From the NCBI GenBank assembly GCA_016218805.1, contig JACRCW010000097.1:1-51891 (forward strand): a DNA stretch of 51,891 nt. Reading direction: 5' to 3'. The notes under the pieces are model-generated. The model made no database searches, was not told the origin of the DNA, and saw only the letters and a list, made by a program, of their open reading frames with translations. This DNA comes from Deltaproteobacteria bacterium. GTDB taxonomy: Bacteria; Myxococcota; JACRCW01. The stretch's first letter is position 1, and each line of letters starts with the position of its first letter. The position numbers and the translations under genes are program-made. Below, piece after piece: positions 20,507 through 30,556 of the stretch.

Positions 20507-22195
20507 CTACTTGGCTCCCGGTGACAAGTTCTGCAATGCCGCCGCACCGTGCCCGGGCCCCAGCACGTGCCGCAGTCTGTCTGCGTACACAAAGCTCTCC
20601 GTCGTGGGGATATGTGGGACCCGGTGGCATTCGCGGCATCCCTCTTCGCCCGGTGACAGGCGGATGTCCGCTTTCTCCTCGGTCTCTGCGTGCCGGCTGC
20701 CGGGGCCGTGGCACGTTTCGCACCCCACGTTGCCCCACTTGGGCGCTTCCGACACCTTGCAGGTGCCCCCCGGCAGCTCAAACCCGACGGAGTGGCAGCC
20801 CACGCAGTCGCGGTTGCCGGTGGCGTCCTTGTCCTGCAGCGTCTTCCACGCGCGCGCGTGCCCCAGCGCGCCAGCGCGGGCCCCGTCGTTGACCACGGCG
20901 CCCTTCCACTGCTCATACGCCTCCTGGTGGCACTCCGCGCACACCAGCGTGCCCACGTACGCTTGCGCGCCGGGCGGAGGTGGCGGGCAGGTGATGTTCT
21001 TCTCGCACTCCAGGTTGAGCGCGCGCAGGGACGCCTTGTACGCCAGCAACTCCTTTTCCACCGTCGGGTCGCCCGCCACCTGCCTGGTGAGCGGGAGCGC
21101 GTCAAAGCGGAATGTGTTGCGCACGGTCACGTTGGACTGGGTTGCGCTGGCGGGCGTCGCCGCCGCCGCACGCAGCTGCTGGGCCTTGTGCCGCCGGGCG
21201 TCTGCATTGGCGGTGTCTCCGCGCGCGGCAAAGTCCGCGGCCTGGTCCTCCAGCAGCTGCGCCCGCTTCACCGCGTGCTCCGCCTGGGCCCGCGCCGCAC
21301 GCCCACCGTCGTCAAACGCCAACCGGGCTCCACCCGGGGCGGGCAGCGTCACGTGCAGCCGGGCCAGGTACTGCCCCTGCTGACCGGCGGACACCAGCCA
21401 GGACCCGGGGACCACCTCCAGCGGTGTGGTGGGCTCCTCGCCGGGCTCATGGCCCTGGACCAGCACGTCAATGCCCTCCACCGCGCCCAGCAGCGCCACC
21501 GAGCGCGCGCGCGGCATCTGCGACAGCACCACCACGACGTGCGCCCCGTCTGCGCGCAGCGCTGCCACCTGCGCGCGCACGGCGCTTTCCGGGTTGCGCA
21601 GGGTGAGGCCATGCCACGTCACGGTGTTGTCTCCCGCCGGTGCGCCGGCATCCGCCGGCCAGGTGGCACCGGTGAATCCGACGCGCACACCCCCGGCCTC
21701 CTTCACGGTCCGGGCCACCACGCCGCCGGCGCCCTCCACGTTGGCCGTGACGACGGGAAGTCCCGCGCCGCCCAGGGTCTGCGCGCGGAAGGCTTCGCCG
21801 CGCGACAGGTCAAAGGGCCCCAGCCCGGTGAGCGCCAGGCCGCTGGCCCCAGCCGCGCGCACCAACAGCCGCACGCGTGCCTCCTCCTGGCACTGCGCCG
21901 CCGCGGGAATCTCCATCCTGTCGAACAGCAGGCTCCCCGTATCAAAGAACAGCACGGGCCCCGCGGCGCGCATGCGCGCCAGTTCCGCGTGGATGCGGTG
22001 GATGCCTCCCAGCGGATCCGCCGTGCACCCGCACGGCTCCACCCAGCCGCGCACGTGGGACGTGAACGCCAGCGTGACGGCGGGGGGGCCCGCGGGCATG
22101 GGCGCGCGGCGCGGACAGGCCATGGCCGCCAGGCAGGGGACAAGCAGCAGCGTCAGGGGCGCGCGTCGCAACTCGGTGTTCCTCCGGGCGCGCAT
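20507..22195 (-). CDS. UshA/5'-nucleotidase-like domain fused to a tetraheme c554-type cytochrome domain (probable lipoprotein)
   Basis: GWVEPCGC....GG N-terminal motif; four CxxCH motifs (CAECH, CVGCH, CETCH, CRECH). Confidence 0.85.
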   Translation of the reverse strand: MRARRNTELRRAPLTLLLVPCLAAMACPRRAPMPAGPPAVTLAFTSHVRGWVEPCGCTADPLGGIHRIHAELARMRAAGPVLFFDTGSLLFDRMEIPAAAQCQEEARVRLLVRAAGASGLALTGLGPFDLSRGEAFRAQTLGGAGLPVVTANVEGAGGVVARTVKEAGGVRVGFTGATWPADAGAPAGDNTVTWHGLTLRNPESAVRAQVAALRADGAHVVVVLSQMPRARSVALLGAVEGIDVLVQGHEPGEEPTTPLEVVPGSWLVSAGQQGQYLARLHVTLPAPGGARLAFDDGGRAARAQAEHAVKRAQLLEDQAADFAARGDTANADARRHKAQQLRAAAATPASATQSNVTVRNTFRFDALPLTRQVAGDPTVEKELLAYKASLRALNLECEKNITCPPPPPGAQAYVGTLVCAECHQEAYEQWKGAVVNDGARAGALGHARAWKTLQDKDATGNRDCVGCHSVGFELPGGTCKVSEAPKWGNVGCETCHGPGSRHAETEEKADIRLSPGEEGCRECHRVPHIPTTESFVYADRLRHVLGPGHGAAALQNLSPGAK

Positions 22196-22277
22196 GGATA
22201 CCCTCTTCCGTGCGCAGTTTCAGCCCCGCCGTGCGGGGATTGGCGGCGCCCCCGGGAGGTGGGCCATCATCGGCCCC

Positions 22278-22841
22278 ATGGCGGAGCCCCGCGTGGAGAC
22301 CGGCGGTGGGACGGGTCGGGCGCTGGGCGCGCTGGACCGGGCGCTGGACTGGCTGCTGCCGCTGACGTTGCTGGGGGGCGTTCTGTTTGCGCCGGAGTGG
22401 CTGGTGCAGTGGGCGTTTGAACGGCGCCTGCGCGCCGGCGCCCGCAGCCTCCCCGGGGCGCTTGCCGCGGTGGACCCGCACGGGTTCCTCGTGGTGGAAG
22501 TGCCGGGCCGGGAGGAGGTGCGCATCAACGTCCGCGGCACGCGCCGCGTGTCCTGGATGGTGCTGCCGCGCGTGTGGGGCGTGCGGAAGACCGCGTGTGA
22601 TCTGGTCCGGTTTGACACGCCTGCGGGGAGTTTTCTCGTCGAGAATCCGCCCGCGGGCCTCACGCGGCTGCTGCGCGCCGCCGGTGGCCGCGTGGACACG
22701 CTGGGCTACGGGCGCACCGTGGAATGGGCTGCGCTGGCGGTGTGGTGGGGCGTGCTGGCGCTGGTCCTGTACGGCTACTTCCCGTGGCATGGCTTGGCGG
22801 AGGCGTGGCGCACCTGGCGTGCGGACGTCCAGCTGCCCTGA
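22278..22841 (+). CDS. Hypothetical membrane protein
   Basis: Two hydrophobic segments, host codon usage, fills the gap between opposite-strand genes; start uncertain. Confidence 0.6.
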   Translation: MAEPRVETGGGTGRALGALDRALDWLLPLTLLGGVLFAPEWLVQWAFERRLRAGARSLPGALAAVDPHGFLVVEVPGREEVRINVRGTRRVSWMVLPRVWGVRKTACDLVRFDTPAGSFLVENPPAGLTRLLRAAGGRVDTLGYGRTVEWAALAVWWGVLALVLYGYFPWHGLAEAWRTWRADVQLP

Positions 22842-22878
22842 CCGCGGGTAGGAACGCCAAAGCAAACGCCACGCGGTG

Positions 22879-23985
22879 TCAGCGCCGCCGGCGGGCCAGC
22901 CCCAGCGCGACGACCAGCACCGCCCACCCCACGGCTCCGCCGGCAGAGGTGCAACCGGTCACCTCGGCGTGCCAGTCGTTGGTGCGCTGCTGCTCCAGGA
23001 ACGCGTGCGCGCGGCTCAGTACCTCGTCGCGCGTTGCGTCAATCTCCATCAGCAGCTCATGCCGCGCACCGGGCAGCTGTTGCCGCGTGCAGTCGCGCGC
23101 GGCACGGCACACCGCGTCCTGCCCGTCGTTGCGCACCACGGTGTCCGCGCCGGATTGGAGGATCAGCGTCGGCGCCAGCAGCCGCCGCGCTTCGCGCCGG
23201 GCGGACCCCGCGGCACCAAACGCCTGCTGCACCCAGCGGTAGGTCACGCCCCCCATGCGCAGCTGCGGGTAGCGGTCCGGCAGCGCCTGGTTGAACTCCC
23301 AACGCACGCGGCTGCGGGACACGCGGTTGTCCGCAAACTCCCCGTGCTCAAACCCGCCCTGCGTGAGCCCGTATTCGTCGCCCTGGGCGGTCAGCACGCC
23401 GCCCCAGCCCAGGCCCTGCGCTACCGGTTCCGGAAACGGGGCGGTGTAGAAACGGTGCATGGGCGCGCACAGCACCAGCGCGTCCACGGCGTGCGTTTCC
23501 CGCTCCAGCAGCCGCGTGGCAATGAGCCCGCCCATGGAGTGCGCCAGGATGAACACCTTGCGGTGCTCCCCCCGCGCCACCACCGTGTCCAGGAACGTGC
23601 CCAGGTCATCCACGTAGTCCTGGAAGTGCTCCACGTGCTGGCGTTCCGGGTCCTCCAGCAGGCGCTGGGACAGGCCCTGGCCGCGGTGGTCATACATGTA
23701 CAGCGAGTACCCCCAGTCCCGCAGGTCGTAGAACACCTCCGTGTACTTGAGATGGGACTCCGTCCGCCCACCCAGGATGACCACCGCCACGTCACTGGCC
23801 GCGGTGGGGAAGCTGACCGCGCTCAGGTGCACCCCGCCGCGCCCCACCAACGTCTCCATCACGCGGTGGTCAAAGTAGTAGGATTCGGCCAGGGCGCGGC
23901 GGTCCTGCGCGTACGCCGCCGTCTCCGGGAGCGCGCGCGCCCACGACGCAGCCAGCAGGACCGCAACCAGGGTCAGACGGGTCAT
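22879..23985 (-). CDS. Secreted alpha/beta hydrolase (PldB lysophospholipase-like) with MYXO-CTERM-like tail
   Basis: Signal peptide; GGRTES, DHRGQGLS, AHSMGG nucleophile elbow, ARHELLME; ends GC...hydrophobic helix-RRRR. Confidence 0.88.
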   Translation of the reverse strand: MTRLTLVAVLLAASWARALPETAAYAQDRRALAESYYFDHRVMETLVGRGGVHLSAVSFPTAASDVAVVILGGRTESHLKYTEVFYDLRDWGYSLYMYDHRGQGLSQRLLEDPERQHVEHFQDYVDDLGTFLDTVVARGEHRKVFILAHSMGGLIATRLLERETHAVDALVLCAPMHRFYTAPFPEPVAQGLGWGGVLTAQGDEYGLTQGGFEHGEFADNRVSRSRVRWEFNQALPDRYPQLRMGGVTYRWVQQAFGAAGSARREARRLLAPTLILQSGADTVVRNDGQDAVCRAARDCTRQQLPGARHELLMEIDATRDEVLSRAHAFLEQQRTNDWHAEVTGCTSAGGAVGWAVLVVALGLARRRR

Positions 23986-24162
23986 GGCCGCCGGCTTGGC
24001 CGGACGCTGGCGCCGGGTCAAGCCCACCTCCCACCAGGGCGGCCTTGCGGGTGGCAACCTGCCGCTGCTAGACCTTTTCCCTTTCCAACCAGAGGGTTGG
24101 ACGGGGGCCGCGCGCGCGCGGCTTGGTCCAAACGTCGCATCAAGCGTCCGGGTGGCAATCAT

Positions 24163-25686
24163 ATGGGCGACATCATCGGTATTGACCTGGGCACCACCAA
24201 CAGCTGTGCCGCGGTGGTGGACAACAAGGGGCAGGTCAAGCTCATTCCCTACAAGGGCGGGGAGTACACCATCCCGTCCATCTACGCCGTCGACGACAAG
24301 GGCAATGAGCTGGTGGGTCACGAGGCCAAACGACAGTGGCAGCTCAACCCCCGCAAGACCGTGTACGGCGCCAAGCGCCTCATCGGGCAGCCGTTCAAGG
24401 GCGAACTCGTCAACAAGATGGGCGAGTACTTTGCCTACGAGATGAAGCGCGGCCAGGAGGACAACGTCCTCATTGGGCTGGGGAAGACCGACTTCAACCT
24501 CACGCAGATCAGCTCCAAGATCCTGGACAAGATCCGCAACGTGGCCGCGGACTACCTGGGCAAGCCCATCAGCCGCGCCGTGGTCACCGTCCCCGCGTAC
24601 TTCAATGACCGGCAGCGCCAGGCCGTCAAAGAAGCCGGCCGGATGGTCAACATTGACGTGGTGCGCATCATCAATGAGCCCACCGCGGCCGCGCTTGCCT
24701 ATGGCGTGCAGCGCAACGTCAACCAGACCATTGCCATCTTTGACCTGGGCGGCGGCACGTTTGACATCAGCGTCATTGAAATCCGCGGCAAGACCTTTGA
24801 GGTCAAGGCCACCGGCGGTGACATCTTCCTGGGCGGTATCGACTGGGACAACGCGATCATTGACTACATCCTGGAGGACTTCAAAACCAAGAACGGGATT
24901 GACCTCAAGGGCGACCCCATTGCCATGCAGCGCATCAAGGACCTGGCTGAGCGCTCCAAGATTGACCTCAGCGTGCGCGCTGAGGCGCCGTTCAACATCC
25001 CGTTTGTCACCATGACGCCCGAAGGCGAGCCGCTGGACATTGACCTGGTCATCACGCGCCAGAAGGTCAATGAACTCACGCAGCCGCTGGTGGACCGCGC
25101 CATCAGGATCACCACCGAGGTCCTCAAGGACGCCAAGGTCGCCGTCAACAAGCTGGATGAGATCCTGCTGGTGGGCGGGCAGACGCGCTGGCCCGCGGTG
25201 CAGGAAGCCGTCACCAAGTTCTTTGGCCGGCCGCCCAGCAAGCACGTCAACCCCGACGAGGCGGTGGGCATTGGCGCGGCCATCTTTGCGCACAGCCTGG
25301 AAACCGACGCGGTGGATCAGCGCATCCAGCTGCTGGACGTCCTGTCACGCGCCATTGGGATTGAAGACGCCGCGGGCAACATGTTCAAGATCTTTGACCG
25401 CAACGCGCCCGTGCCCAATGCCAAGGCGCAGCTGTTCACCACCGCGCAGGATGACCAGAACGAGGTCATCATGCGCATCTACCAGGGCGAGCAGAAGAAG
25501 GCCCGGGAGAACCAGCAGCTGGGCGAGTTCACCTTCAGCGGGCTGCGCGGCGGCAAGGCCGGCAGCGTGAAGGTGGAGGTGCTGTTTGACGTGTCCTCCG
25601 AAGGCATCCTCACCATGAGCGCCAAGGACCGCGACACCGGCAAGGAAATGAAGACCACCGTCAAGGTGGAATCCGGCGACGCGTAA
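24163..25686 (+). CDS. Hsp70/DnaK-family paralog lacking the C-terminal lid (507 aa)
   Basis: IIGIDLGTTNS, VTVPAYFND, IINEPTAAA, DLGGGTFD, LVGGQTR, LLDV linker; ends right after the beta substrate-binding domain. Confidence 0.92.
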   Translation: MGDIIGIDLGTTNSCAAVVDNKGQVKLIPYKGGEYTIPSIYAVDDKGNELVGHEAKRQWQLNPRKTVYGAKRLIGQPFKGELVNKMGEYFAYEMKRGQEDNVLIGLGKTDFNLTQISSKILDKIRNVAADYLGKPISRAVVTVPAYFNDRQRQAVKEAGRMVNIDVVRIINEPTAAALAYGVQRNVNQTIAIFDLGGGTFDISVIEIRGKTFEVKATGGDIFLGGIDWDNAIIDYILEDFKTKNGIDLKGDPIAMQRIKDLAERSKIDLSVRAEAPFNIPFVTMTPEGEPLDIDLVITRQKVNELTQPLVDRAIRITTEVLKDAKVAVNKLDEILLVGGQTRWPAVQEAVTKFFGRPPSKHVNPDEAVGIGAAIFAHSLETDAVDQRIQLLDVLSRAIGIEDAAGNMFKIFDRNAPVPNAKAQLFTTAQDDQNEVIMRIYQGEQKKARENQQLGEFTFSGLRGGKAGSVKVEVLFDVSSEGILTMSAKDRDTGKEMKTTVKVESGDA

Positions 25687-25690
25687 CCGT

Positions 25691-27364
25691 TCAGTTCACC
25701 ACGCCGCCCACCACCGCGTGCACCACGCGGCCCCGCCACAGGCTTGCCGGCACCCCGGGGTCCACCCCCGGTGACAGCACCACCAGGTCCGCCCAGCGGC
25801 CCGGCTCCAGCGTGCCCACCTGCTCTTCGCGGGACACCGCGTAAGCGCTCCCAACCGTCCAGGCGCGCACCGCGTCGTCCCAGCTCAGCGCCTGGTGCGC
25901 GTTCCAGCCGTCCTTGGGGTCACCGTTGGCATCCCGGCGCGTGACCGCCACCGCCAGCCCCCACAGCGGGTTGGCGCTCATCACCGGCCAGTCCGTGCCA
26001 AACGCGAGCACCGCCCCCGCGTCCCGCAGGCTCTTCCATGCAAACGTGCGCGGCAACCGCGCAGCCCCCAGGTTGCGCGACCACACACCCTCGTCCGGGT
26101 TGGGGCCGCCGGGGTTGGCGTGGAACGGCTGCATGCTGGCAACCACGCCCAGCCTGGCAAACCGCGGCATGTCATCAGGATGCACGCACTCAATGTGCTC
26201 CACGCGGTGGCGCGGGTGCTGCGCCGGGTGGGCGCGCTGCGCTTTCTCATATGCATCCAGCGACGCGCGCACCGCCGCGTCCCCAATGGCGTGCAGCGCG
26301 ACGGGAAAGCCCGCGGCATGTGCGCGTTCCACCAGCGGGTCCAGCTTCTCCGGCGGCAGCGCCGGCGTGCCGCGCTCCGTGCTGCCCGCGTACGGCTCCA
26401 GCATCCACGCCATGCGCGACTCAATGACGCCGTCCACAAACCCCTTGAGGAACCCGAACCCGACACGCGGCCCGCGGTGCGCGTCACGCAGGACGGCATA
26501 CGCGGCCAGGTCCCCGTTCAGCGGCAGCGACACGGTCACCCGTAACGGCAGCCGCCCGCGGCGGTCCAGTTCGTCCAGCAGCGAGAACGTCTCCGCGCCG
26601 GGGGCGATCTCGTCCACGCTGGTCATGCCCAGCGACCGCAGCTCGCGGGCCGCGCGCTCCAGCGCGGCCAGTTTTGCGGCGCGGTCCGGTGCGGGTACCG
26701 CCTCCATCATGCGGCCCTGCGCGCCCTCCAGCAGCGCGCCCTCCGGCGTTTTCCCGTCGGCTTCGCGCGCAATGCGGCCCTCCGGCGGGTCCACCGTCTC
26801 CGCCGTGATGCCCGCCGCGTTGAGCGCCGCCGAGTTGGCCCATCCCGTGTGCCCGTCATACGCGCGCAGGAACACCGGCCGGTCCGGCACCACGCTGTCC
26901 AGGTCCGCGCGCGTGGGGAACTTCCCGTCCGGGACAATGCCGTACTGCCAGCCGCGGCCCTGGACCCACGGCAGCGCCGGGTGCGCGTCCGCAAACGCTT
27001 TCACCGCCTTGAGGGTGTCCGCCATCGTTGTCGCGGCAAAGAGGTCCACCTGGCCAAGGGACAGCCCGCCCCCCAGCATGTGGATGTGCGCGTCGTGGAA
27101 TCCGGGGAGGACCAGCGCGCCGTTCGCGTCCAGCAGGGTGGCGGTGGAGGGGACTTTCTCCCGCAACACCGCGGCCGGGCCCACCGCGCGGATGATGCCG
27201 CGTTCCGCCAGCAACGCGTCCGCACCGGCGGGCGCTCCGTGGATGCGCGCGTTCACGACGAGAAGGTCCCCAGTGGGCGGCGCAGGCGGGGCCACCGCGG
27301 CACGGCGGCCGCCGCACGCGGCAAGGACGGCAACGGGGAGGATGACGGCGTACGAGCGAACCAT
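25691..27364 (-). CDS. YtcJ-like amidohydrolase 3 family lipoprotein
   Basis: Lipobox LAAC; PGFHDAHIH, HAIGD, HRVEH, FGTDWPV, GRWADLVVL. Confidence 0.92.
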   Translation of the reverse strand: MVRSYAVILPVAVLAACGGRRAAVAPPAPPTGDLLVVNARIHGAPAGADALLAERGIIRAVGPAAVLREKVPSTATLLDANGALVLPGFHDAHIHMLGGGLSLGQVDLFAATTMADTLKAVKAFADAHPALPWVQGRGWQYGIVPDGKFPTRADLDSVVPDRPVFLRAYDGHTGWANSAALNAAGITAETVDPPEGRIAREADGKTPEGALLEGAQGRMMEAVPAPDRAAKLAALERAARELRSLGMTSVDEIAPGAETFSLLDELDRRGRLPLRVTVSLPLNGDLAAYAVLRDAHRGPRVGFGFLKGFVDGVIESRMAWMLEPYAGSTERGTPALPPEKLDPLVERAHAAGFPVALHAIGDAAVRASLDAYEKAQRAHPAQHPRHRVEHIECVHPDDMPRFARLGVVASMQPFHANPGGPNPDEGVWSRNLGAARLPRTFAWKSLRDAGAVLAFGTDWPVMSANPLWGLAVAVTRRDANGDPKDGWNAHQALSWDDAVRAWTVGSAYAVSREEQVGTLEPGRWADLVVLSPGVDPGVPASLWRGRVVHAVVGGVVN

Positions 27365-27429
27365 CCGGCGGGTGTACCAGGGCGCGGCCATCCGGGGCAG
27401 GTGCCTGATGCGCGTGGTACGGTCACGCC

Positions 27430-27999
27430 ATGGTCGCTCACGCCCGCAAGGCGCCCACCTACGAGGACATCCTCGCCCTGCCCGAGCACCTGGTGGGCGA
27501 AATCGTCGCCGGCGAGTTGGTCGTGATGCCCCGGCCGGCGCCACGCCACGCCAGCGCGGCGACGTCACTGGCCGGTGACCTGAACGGGCGGTTCCAGCAT
27601 GGACGCGGCGGCCCCGGCGGCTGGTGGATCCTCATGGAACCGGAGCTGCGGCTCGGCATTGACCGTGACTACGACACGGTGGTCCCGGACATCGCCGGGT
27701 GGCGCCGTGAGCGCCTTCCCGAGTTGCCGGAAACCGCGTCTTTCTCCCTCCCCCCTGACTGGGTGTGCGAGGTCCTGTCGCCCGCCACGGCACGGCTCGA
27801 CCGCGCGCTGAAGATGCCGTTCTACGCGCGGGCCCGCATGGGGCACCTTTGGCTCGTGGACCCCCTGGTGCGCACGCTGGAGGCCTACCGCAACGTCGAG
27901 GGCCGTTGGCTCGTCCTGGGCGCCTGGAAGGACGCGGACGTGGTCCGGGTGGAGCCTTTTGACGCGGTGGAGGTGGCGCTGGGGCCGCTGTGGGGATGA
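27430..27999 (+). CDS. Uma2 (DUF820) family endonuclease-fold protein
   Basis: EIVAGEL...P.P...H, VPDIAGW, PDWVCEVLSP, D...K...YAR, LWLVDP. Confidence 0.92.
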   Translation: MVAHARKAPTYEDILALPEHLVGEIVAGELVVMPRPAPRHASAATSLAGDLNGRFQHGRGGPGGWWILMEPELRLGIDRDYDTVVPDIAGWRRERLPELPETASFSLPPDWVCEVLSPATARLDRALKMPFYARARMGHLWLVDPLVRTLEAYRNVEGRWLVLGAWKDADVVRVEPFDAVEVALGPLWG

Positions 28000-28049
28000 C
28001 CGCTCCCGCGGGAGTCACAGACGGCCGTTGGTGAACACGCGGCGGCGTG

Positions 28050-28676
28050 TCACTCCTCTTCCTCTTCCTCCACGGCCTTCTTCTTCTTCTTCTTCTTCTT
28101 GCTCTTCTTCTTGTCGGACTTCTCGCTGACGCCACCGGCCGCCACGGAGTCTGAATACGCGAACTGCAGCGCACGCGGAAACACCCAGAACGAGAAGTAG
28201 TTCACGACGACAAGCGACAACAGGAACGGGATGCCCCCAAGCACCCAGCCCACGTACGGGACCATCCAGAAGATCATGAACGGCAGCCACAACCACGCCA
28301 CCACGGTGGCGGCAATGCCAAGCGTTCTGGCCGCCGGGGGCGCTTCAATGTCCTCGTACGCAAATGACGGCGCCCACAGGTGGCCCCCAAGCTCCGCGAA
28401 CAGGCCGCCCACCAGGTGCTCCAGGACGCGCCCGTCCTGGACCTCCTCGGCAACGTCCGGACCGCTGAACAGCAACGACATCTTGACGTAGTCAAGCGCG
28501 CCCTTTTCGCCGTCGTCCTCGTTTTCGCTTTCATCCTCATCACGCGACTTCTTGACCGATTGGATTCCGTGCGCTCCGTCCGCCGGCGCCACCAATGGCA
28601 CCGGCGCTACGGCGGGAGAAGCAGGCAGTAGGAACAGGCCCGAGCTGAACAGCATTGACGCAGCAAGCATGAGCAC
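28050..28676 (-). CDS. Hypothetical membrane protein with poly-Lys/poly-Glu C-terminal tail
   Basis: Signal-like N-terminus, 2-3 TM segments, ends KKKSKKKKKKKKAVEEEEEE. Confidence 0.65.
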   Translation of the reverse strand: MLMLAASMLFSSGLFLLPASPAVAPVPLVAPADGAHGIQSVKKSRDEDESENEDDGEKGALDYVKMSLLFSGPDVAEEVQDGRVLEHLVGGLFAELGGHLWAPSFAYEDIEAPPAARTLGIAATVVAWLWLPFMIFWMVPYVGWVLGGIPFLLSLVVVNYFSFWVFPRALQFAYSDSVAAGGVSEKSDKKKSKKKKKKKKAVEEEEEE

Positions 28677-28890
28677 TCCGTTGATGAGGGGCTTTCATTC
28701 GCTTAACAACGACGCCGCGGATTGATCAAGCCGCTCAGACCTGTGCGTTGTGCACGGCTGTGCACGGCCCACTGAGGGATGACGCAATCGCGGTCCCCGG
28801 CGGTGCCATCCAGCCCGGTGACCATGAGAAATCCTCAGGGGCCTGCTTCCGCGCATGGGGACGCGTATAGGTATGGAGACGAGGAGCCCC

Positions 28891-29241
28891 ATGCCGAAGC
28901 ACAGAATCTTCACGACGTCCTTTGCCAGCGTGTACCCCCTCTACGTCCAGAAGGCGGAGAAGAAGGGGCGCAAGAAAGGGGAAGTGGACGACGTCATCCG
29001 CTGGCTGACGGGCTACAGCCCCACAGCGCTGGCGGAGCAGATTGAGAGGGAAAAGGACTTTGAGGCGTTCTTCCACGAGGCGCCCGCGATCAATCCCAAC
29101 GCGGGCAAGATCACCGGCGTGGTGTGCGGTGTCCGCATTGAGGAGCTCACGGACCCGCTGATGCGCAACATCCGTTGCCTGGACAAACTTGTGGACGAAC
29201 TGGCCAAGGGCCGGCCCATGGAGAAGATCCTGCGGAAGTAG
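28891..29241 (+). CDS. DUF2200 family protein
   Basis: F.SVYPLY..KAEKKGR...[43 protein letters not shown] before ATG 28891. Confidence 0.9.
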   Translation: MPKHRIFTTSFASVYPLYVQKAEKKGRKKGEVDDVIRWLTGYSPTALAEQIEREKDFEAFFHEAPAINPNAGKITGVVCGVRIEELTDPLMRNIRCLDKLVDELAKGRPMEKILRK

Positions 29242-29259
29242 GCCGACCCTTGGGCGCGG

Positions 29260-29706
29260 TTACGGGTTGATTTCGGGCTCAACCAGCTTGACCAGCATGG
29301 CCAGCGACTCCTGCCACCCGAGGTAACACATCTCGACGGGTATCGCTTCGGGGATGCCTTCCTGCGTGACGGTCAGGTCCGTCCCGCAAGAGACGGCCCT
29401 GAACACCGCCGTCGTCTGCATCGTCCCGGGCAGCTTCGGGTCGTCAAAGCGGTCGGTGTACCGGAGGCGCTCGTTGGGGACGAGCTCCAGGTATTCTCCG
29501 CCGAACTTGTCACTCTGCTGCGTGGTGAAGTTGGTGAAGGCCATCCTGAACGTCCCGCCCACGCGCGCATCCAGGTGCTCCACCGTCCCGTAGAACCCGT
29601 TGGGCGGCAGCCAGCGCGCCAGCGCGCCCGCCGTCACAAACGCCCGGTAGACCCGCTCCGGCGGTGCACGCAGCACACGGTGAAGTCGAACATGTCCTCC
29701 CGGCAT
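29260..29706 (-). CDS. SRPBCC/AHA1 family protein
   Basis: LHRVLRAPPERVYRAF, FGGEYLELVP, CYLGWQESL; AAGGA RBS before ATG 29706. Confidence 0.92.
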   Translation of the reverse strand: MPGGHVRLHRVLRAPPERVYRAFVTAGALARWLPPNGFYGTVEHLDARVGGTFRMAFTNFTTQQSDKFGGEYLELVPNERLRYTDRFDDPKLPGTMQTTAVFRAVSCGTDLTVTQEGIPEAIPVEMCYLGWQESLAMLVKLVEPEINP

Positions 29707-29848
29707 GGTTGGGTCCTTTCTGCGGTGGATTGGTGTGCGGCCCACCGCGCTGAGGGAGTAACCGTTGTGAGGCGGTCCGGCAGGCGGCGTTGCCGCCCCC
29801 AACCGGGGTCCAACCGGGGGGCACTCGTGGGCTAAGGGAAAGGGTGGG

Positions 29849-30556
29849 TCACGCCGCTGCCGGTGAGTGCGGTGTCCACGTCCATGCGGATTCCGGTGGC
29901 ACCTGCTGCGGTCCCGTTGGGGCGTACAGGCGCGTTACCGTGCGACTGCTGTCATTGCGGTCGATCGCGACGGTCAACCGGCAGCTACCCTGGCGTGCGG
30001 GCGCGTCGGGGGCGAGTGGCTCGTACCAGCGCGTCGGAGGCGGCTCCGGCACAACATCAACGCGGTCAAGGAGCAGGTTGTTGTCCCCCGCGAACGGGAG
30101 ACCGTAGCGGTCACCGGCCAGCTCCCCGCGCAGGCCCTTCACCACGCGGTCCAAGACCACGGAATCCGTGCCGCGGACGCCGATGATGCAATCCATGTCC
30201 ACCAACAACTCCCTGCGTGTTGGCGCGATCCAGTACTTGGCCCCGTGTGTGCCCTTCGCCAGGGCCTTGCCGCTGTCCCCGACCGGGTATGTATGGAGTT
30301 GCTGGTAGAGGGAGCCGACCACACCCGCATGGTCGGGCCCTGAGCCCACCACAATGCACAACGGAGGTGCCTCAGGGTTCACCAGCGTGGTGACCCCGGA
30401 GGAATCGCCGCGGGTCTCCAGGGCCGCGAAGTTGAGCACCATGCCCCACGCCGCGCTGTGCGGAATCACGGGGCTGGTTGCCCGCCATACTCCCGCTTGC
30501 ATCCACCGGAACGCCGCGAACGGCGCCCTGATGCGCAGCCAAAGCGGCTGGTTCAC
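29849..30556 (-). CDS. cas5: Type I-MYXAN/I-B Cas5 (Cmx5/DevS)
   Basis: LRIRAPFAAFR, P.SAAWG...N, YQQLH.YPVG, KY.I.P.RRELL, RYGLPFAGDNN; GTG start overlaps the cas7 stop. Confidence 0.9.
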   Translation of the reverse strand: MNQPLWLRIRAPFAAFRWMQAGVWRATSPVIPHSAAWGMVLNFAALETRGDSSGVTTLVNPEAPPLCIVVGSGPDHAGVVGSLYQQLHTYPVGDSGKALAKGTHGAKYWIAPTRRELLVDMDCIIGVRGTDSVVLDRVVKGLRGELAGDRYGLPFAGDNNLLLDRVDVVPEPPPTRWYEPLAPDAPARQGSCRLTVAIDRNDSSRTVTRLYAPTGPQQVPPESAWTWTPHSPAAA

